This document shows, piece after piece, positions 4,748 through 6,284 of a stretch of DNA of 6,284 nt. The DNA is from a virus. Both the position numbers and the translations under genes were made by a program. The notes under the pieces were generated by a model. The model was not told the origin of the DNA. It saw nothing but the letters and a program-made list of their open reading frames with translations, and made no database searches. The stretch lies in the IMG/VR virus record IMGVR_UViG_3300014958_000002. One strand, written 5' to 3'. Every line of letters starts with the position of its first letter. The stretch's first letter is position 1.

Positions 4748-5863
4748 TTATTTACGGCCAACAGAATTGCCAACTCCTTGGAATATACGAGTACCATAAT
4801 CGAGAGCATTACGTAATTCATAAGAGTTAACATCTTTCTGTTTCTGCTTAGAAGACCAATTATAATAGTCACGTAAGGCCTTATCTTTAGAATACTCTAT
4901 GTTCTTAAGAACATTGGTATTCTTAAAATCCCAGAGAGAAGACAATCCACGAGCACGATTAGCTTGAATATTAGCATAAATCAGGGAATCCGCAGTCTGT
5001 TCGGCAATCTTATTACTGATACGAATACCATTAGTTTCAGCAAGAGTTTTCACAGTCTGTGCCATCTGATTTTTATACTGGGCTTCAGAAAGAGCGCCCT
5101 GAGCATACAAATTAGCCAATGTCTGACCTTTGATAAACAAATCAGCTTGTTGTTGTTCATCAAGATACTTATTCAATATCTGCTGAGCTTGAGAATCGAG
5201 TAAAATCTGAGATTCTTGAGCAGAAGTAAGACGACCGGCAAACTCCATATTCTTAAGCTCCTGATATTCCTTAGACTGATCCAATAAAGCAGAACGTCTA
5301 CCAGTGGAAGCATTCCAATAACCAGACAGACCAACACCAATATTACGATAATTCGTATCACCAAGAATCTGTTGCATCTTATACGGAGTAAGGGCGGCAT
5401 TCTGTTCAGCGTTAAGCATAGCAGCACGAGCTTGAGCCATAGAGGCAAGAGCAGAACCGACATCAGAAAAATCAGGACGGAAAGCCTGTAAACTAGGGAC
5501 AGAAGCAGCAGAAGCAGCAGCACCACCAGAGGCGGGAGACTTAGAACCAGCCATAGCGGCAGAACCCTGAACAAATGGATTCAAACCACGGGAAATCATA
5601 GCATTGGGGGAATTATAGGAATTATTCATTCCCCACATCTTTTCTTGCCAATCACGTTGAATCTGGGCTTGCGCAGCATTAAATGCATTATTTTCACGAT
5701 TGATATCAATACTGGTCTGATTGGTCTTATTTTGAGACGACGCACCAATAGCATTGCCAGCAAGAGAAGCACCAGCGGCAATAATACCACCAAGAACAAG
5801 CGGAGCAATGTTCTTTTCGGAGAGCCCCATTAAGGGGCTTTCTCCAATATCATAGAATCTCAT
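4748..5863 (-). CDS. VP2: Minor capsid / DNA pilot protein (Microviridae VP2, phiX174 H-like), 371 aa
   Basis: Its size and position in the capsid module fit VP2. It has an N-terminal hydrophobic Gly/Ala-rich segment (LVLGGIIAAGASLAGNAIGA), a conserved-looking core (QRDWQEKMWGMNNSYNSPNAMISRGLNPF), and a long Q/A/N-rich helical remainder typical of microvirus pilot proteins. The ATG at 5863 overlaps the upstream stop (ATGA). Confidence 0.8.
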   Translation of the reverse strand: MRFYDIGESPLMGLSEKNIAPLVLGGIIAAGASLAGNAIGASSQNKTNQTSIDINRENNAFNAAQAQIQRDWQEKMWGMNNSYNSPNAMISRGLNPFVQGSAAMAGSKSPASGGAAASAASVPSLQAFRPDFSDVGSALASMAQARAAMLNAEQNAALTPYKMQQILGDTNYRNIGVGLSGYWNASTGRRSALLDQSKEYQELKNMEFAGRLTSAQESQILLDSQAQQILNKYLDEQQQADLFIKGQTLANLYAQGALSEAQYKNQMAQTVKTLAETNGIRISNKIAEQTADSLIYANIQANRARGLSSLWDFKNTNVLKNIEYSKDKALRDYYNWSSKQKQKDVNSYELRNALDYGTRIFQGVGNSVGRK

Positions 5864-6284
5864 TGAGCAGAAGCGTCAGGGGCGGACGAAGAATCGGGCT
5901 CTGACTTTTGCTCTGCCAACATAGATTCAGCGTACTTAGTCAATTCTGACTTCTCATTAGCCAATTGCTGTAAAACGGCCTGTCTTTCAGACATTGTCTG
6001 ACAGTGCCGAGAAATTACACAATTAAAACGTTCCTCATCAGTCATACCATCCATAGCAGTAGACTGAGTAGGATGCATCTGAGCAAGGATGTTCTGAACA
6101 TTCATATCACCAAGTAAACGACGATATTTTTCTTGATTCAACAAAATCTGAGTCATATCAACTTGAATCAAATCACCATCGGGAGATTCATCATACATAA
6201 CAGAGTCATATACAGATTGCTGATAACAAGGATTATTTTCAACCAATTCAGGAGTAACCTCGTTTTTAATAAAATCGGGATTTT
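5860..6284 (-). CDS. Acidic 147-aa protein, 5'-truncated by the linearisation point (continues at 97..1); possible internal scaffolding protein (VP3-like)
   Basis: The frame stays open from the TTG at 6246 to the window edge (…NPDFIKNEVTPEL) and is completed by the ATG at 97 after circularisation. The protein is helical and acidic with a C-terminal tail EQKSEPDSSSAPDASAQ. It lies between VP1 and VP2 and is translationally coupled to VP2. The functional call rests only on size, charge and context. Confidence 0.8.
   Translation of the reverse strand, partial: NPDFIKNEVTPELVENNPCYQQSVYDSVMYDESPDGDLIQVDMTQILLNQEKYRRLLGDMNVQNILAQMHPTQSTAMDGMTDEERFNCVISRHCQTMSERQAVLQQLANEKSELTKYAESMLAEQKSEPDSSSAPDASAQ
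6207..6284. repeat. Second copy of the 78-nt terminal redundancy (identical to 1..78)
   Basis: Exact identity to 1..78, read directly. Confidence 0.97.

Overview
The window is a complete, circularly permuted genome of a small ssDNA phage of the family Microviridae. Bases 1..78 are identical to 6207..6284, so the unit circle is 6,206 nt with a 78-nt assembly overlap. All supported genes are on the minus strand and tightly packed, with 2-18 nt gaps and ATGA/GTGA start-stop overlaps. Circular order on the minus strand: VP4 replication initiator (HUH/Y-x3-Y, 559 aa), VP1 major capsid protein (575 aa), a 147-aa acidic protein that wraps across the window ends (possible scaffold), VP2-like minor capsid/pilot protein (371 aa), one 637-nt non-coding block, a 65-aa orphan ORF, a 27-aa transmembrane peptide, a 102-aa Zn peptidase of the M15 type, then back to VP4. 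No gene has a Shine-Dalgarno sequence, the large Rep and ~6.2 kb genome are typical of gut microviruses, and there is an exact Bacteroides-type -33/-7 promoter match. Together these suggest an Alpavirinae-like microvirus with a Bacteroidota host, but this is inference and I cannot run phylogeny. Points worth a second look: (1) the single 637-nt block holds nearly all non-coding DNA, is G-run rich and hairpin dense, and has no ORF with the genome's codon signature; (2) an endolysin-type lysis cassette (tiny TM peptide translationally coupled to an M15 peptidase) in a phage family better known for single-gene lysis; (3) a 23/30 match to the phiX174 origin sequence, as I recall it, on the strand antisense to all genes. 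The many extra ORFs in the six-frame track are explained as by-products of a strong T-at-third-position codon bias.
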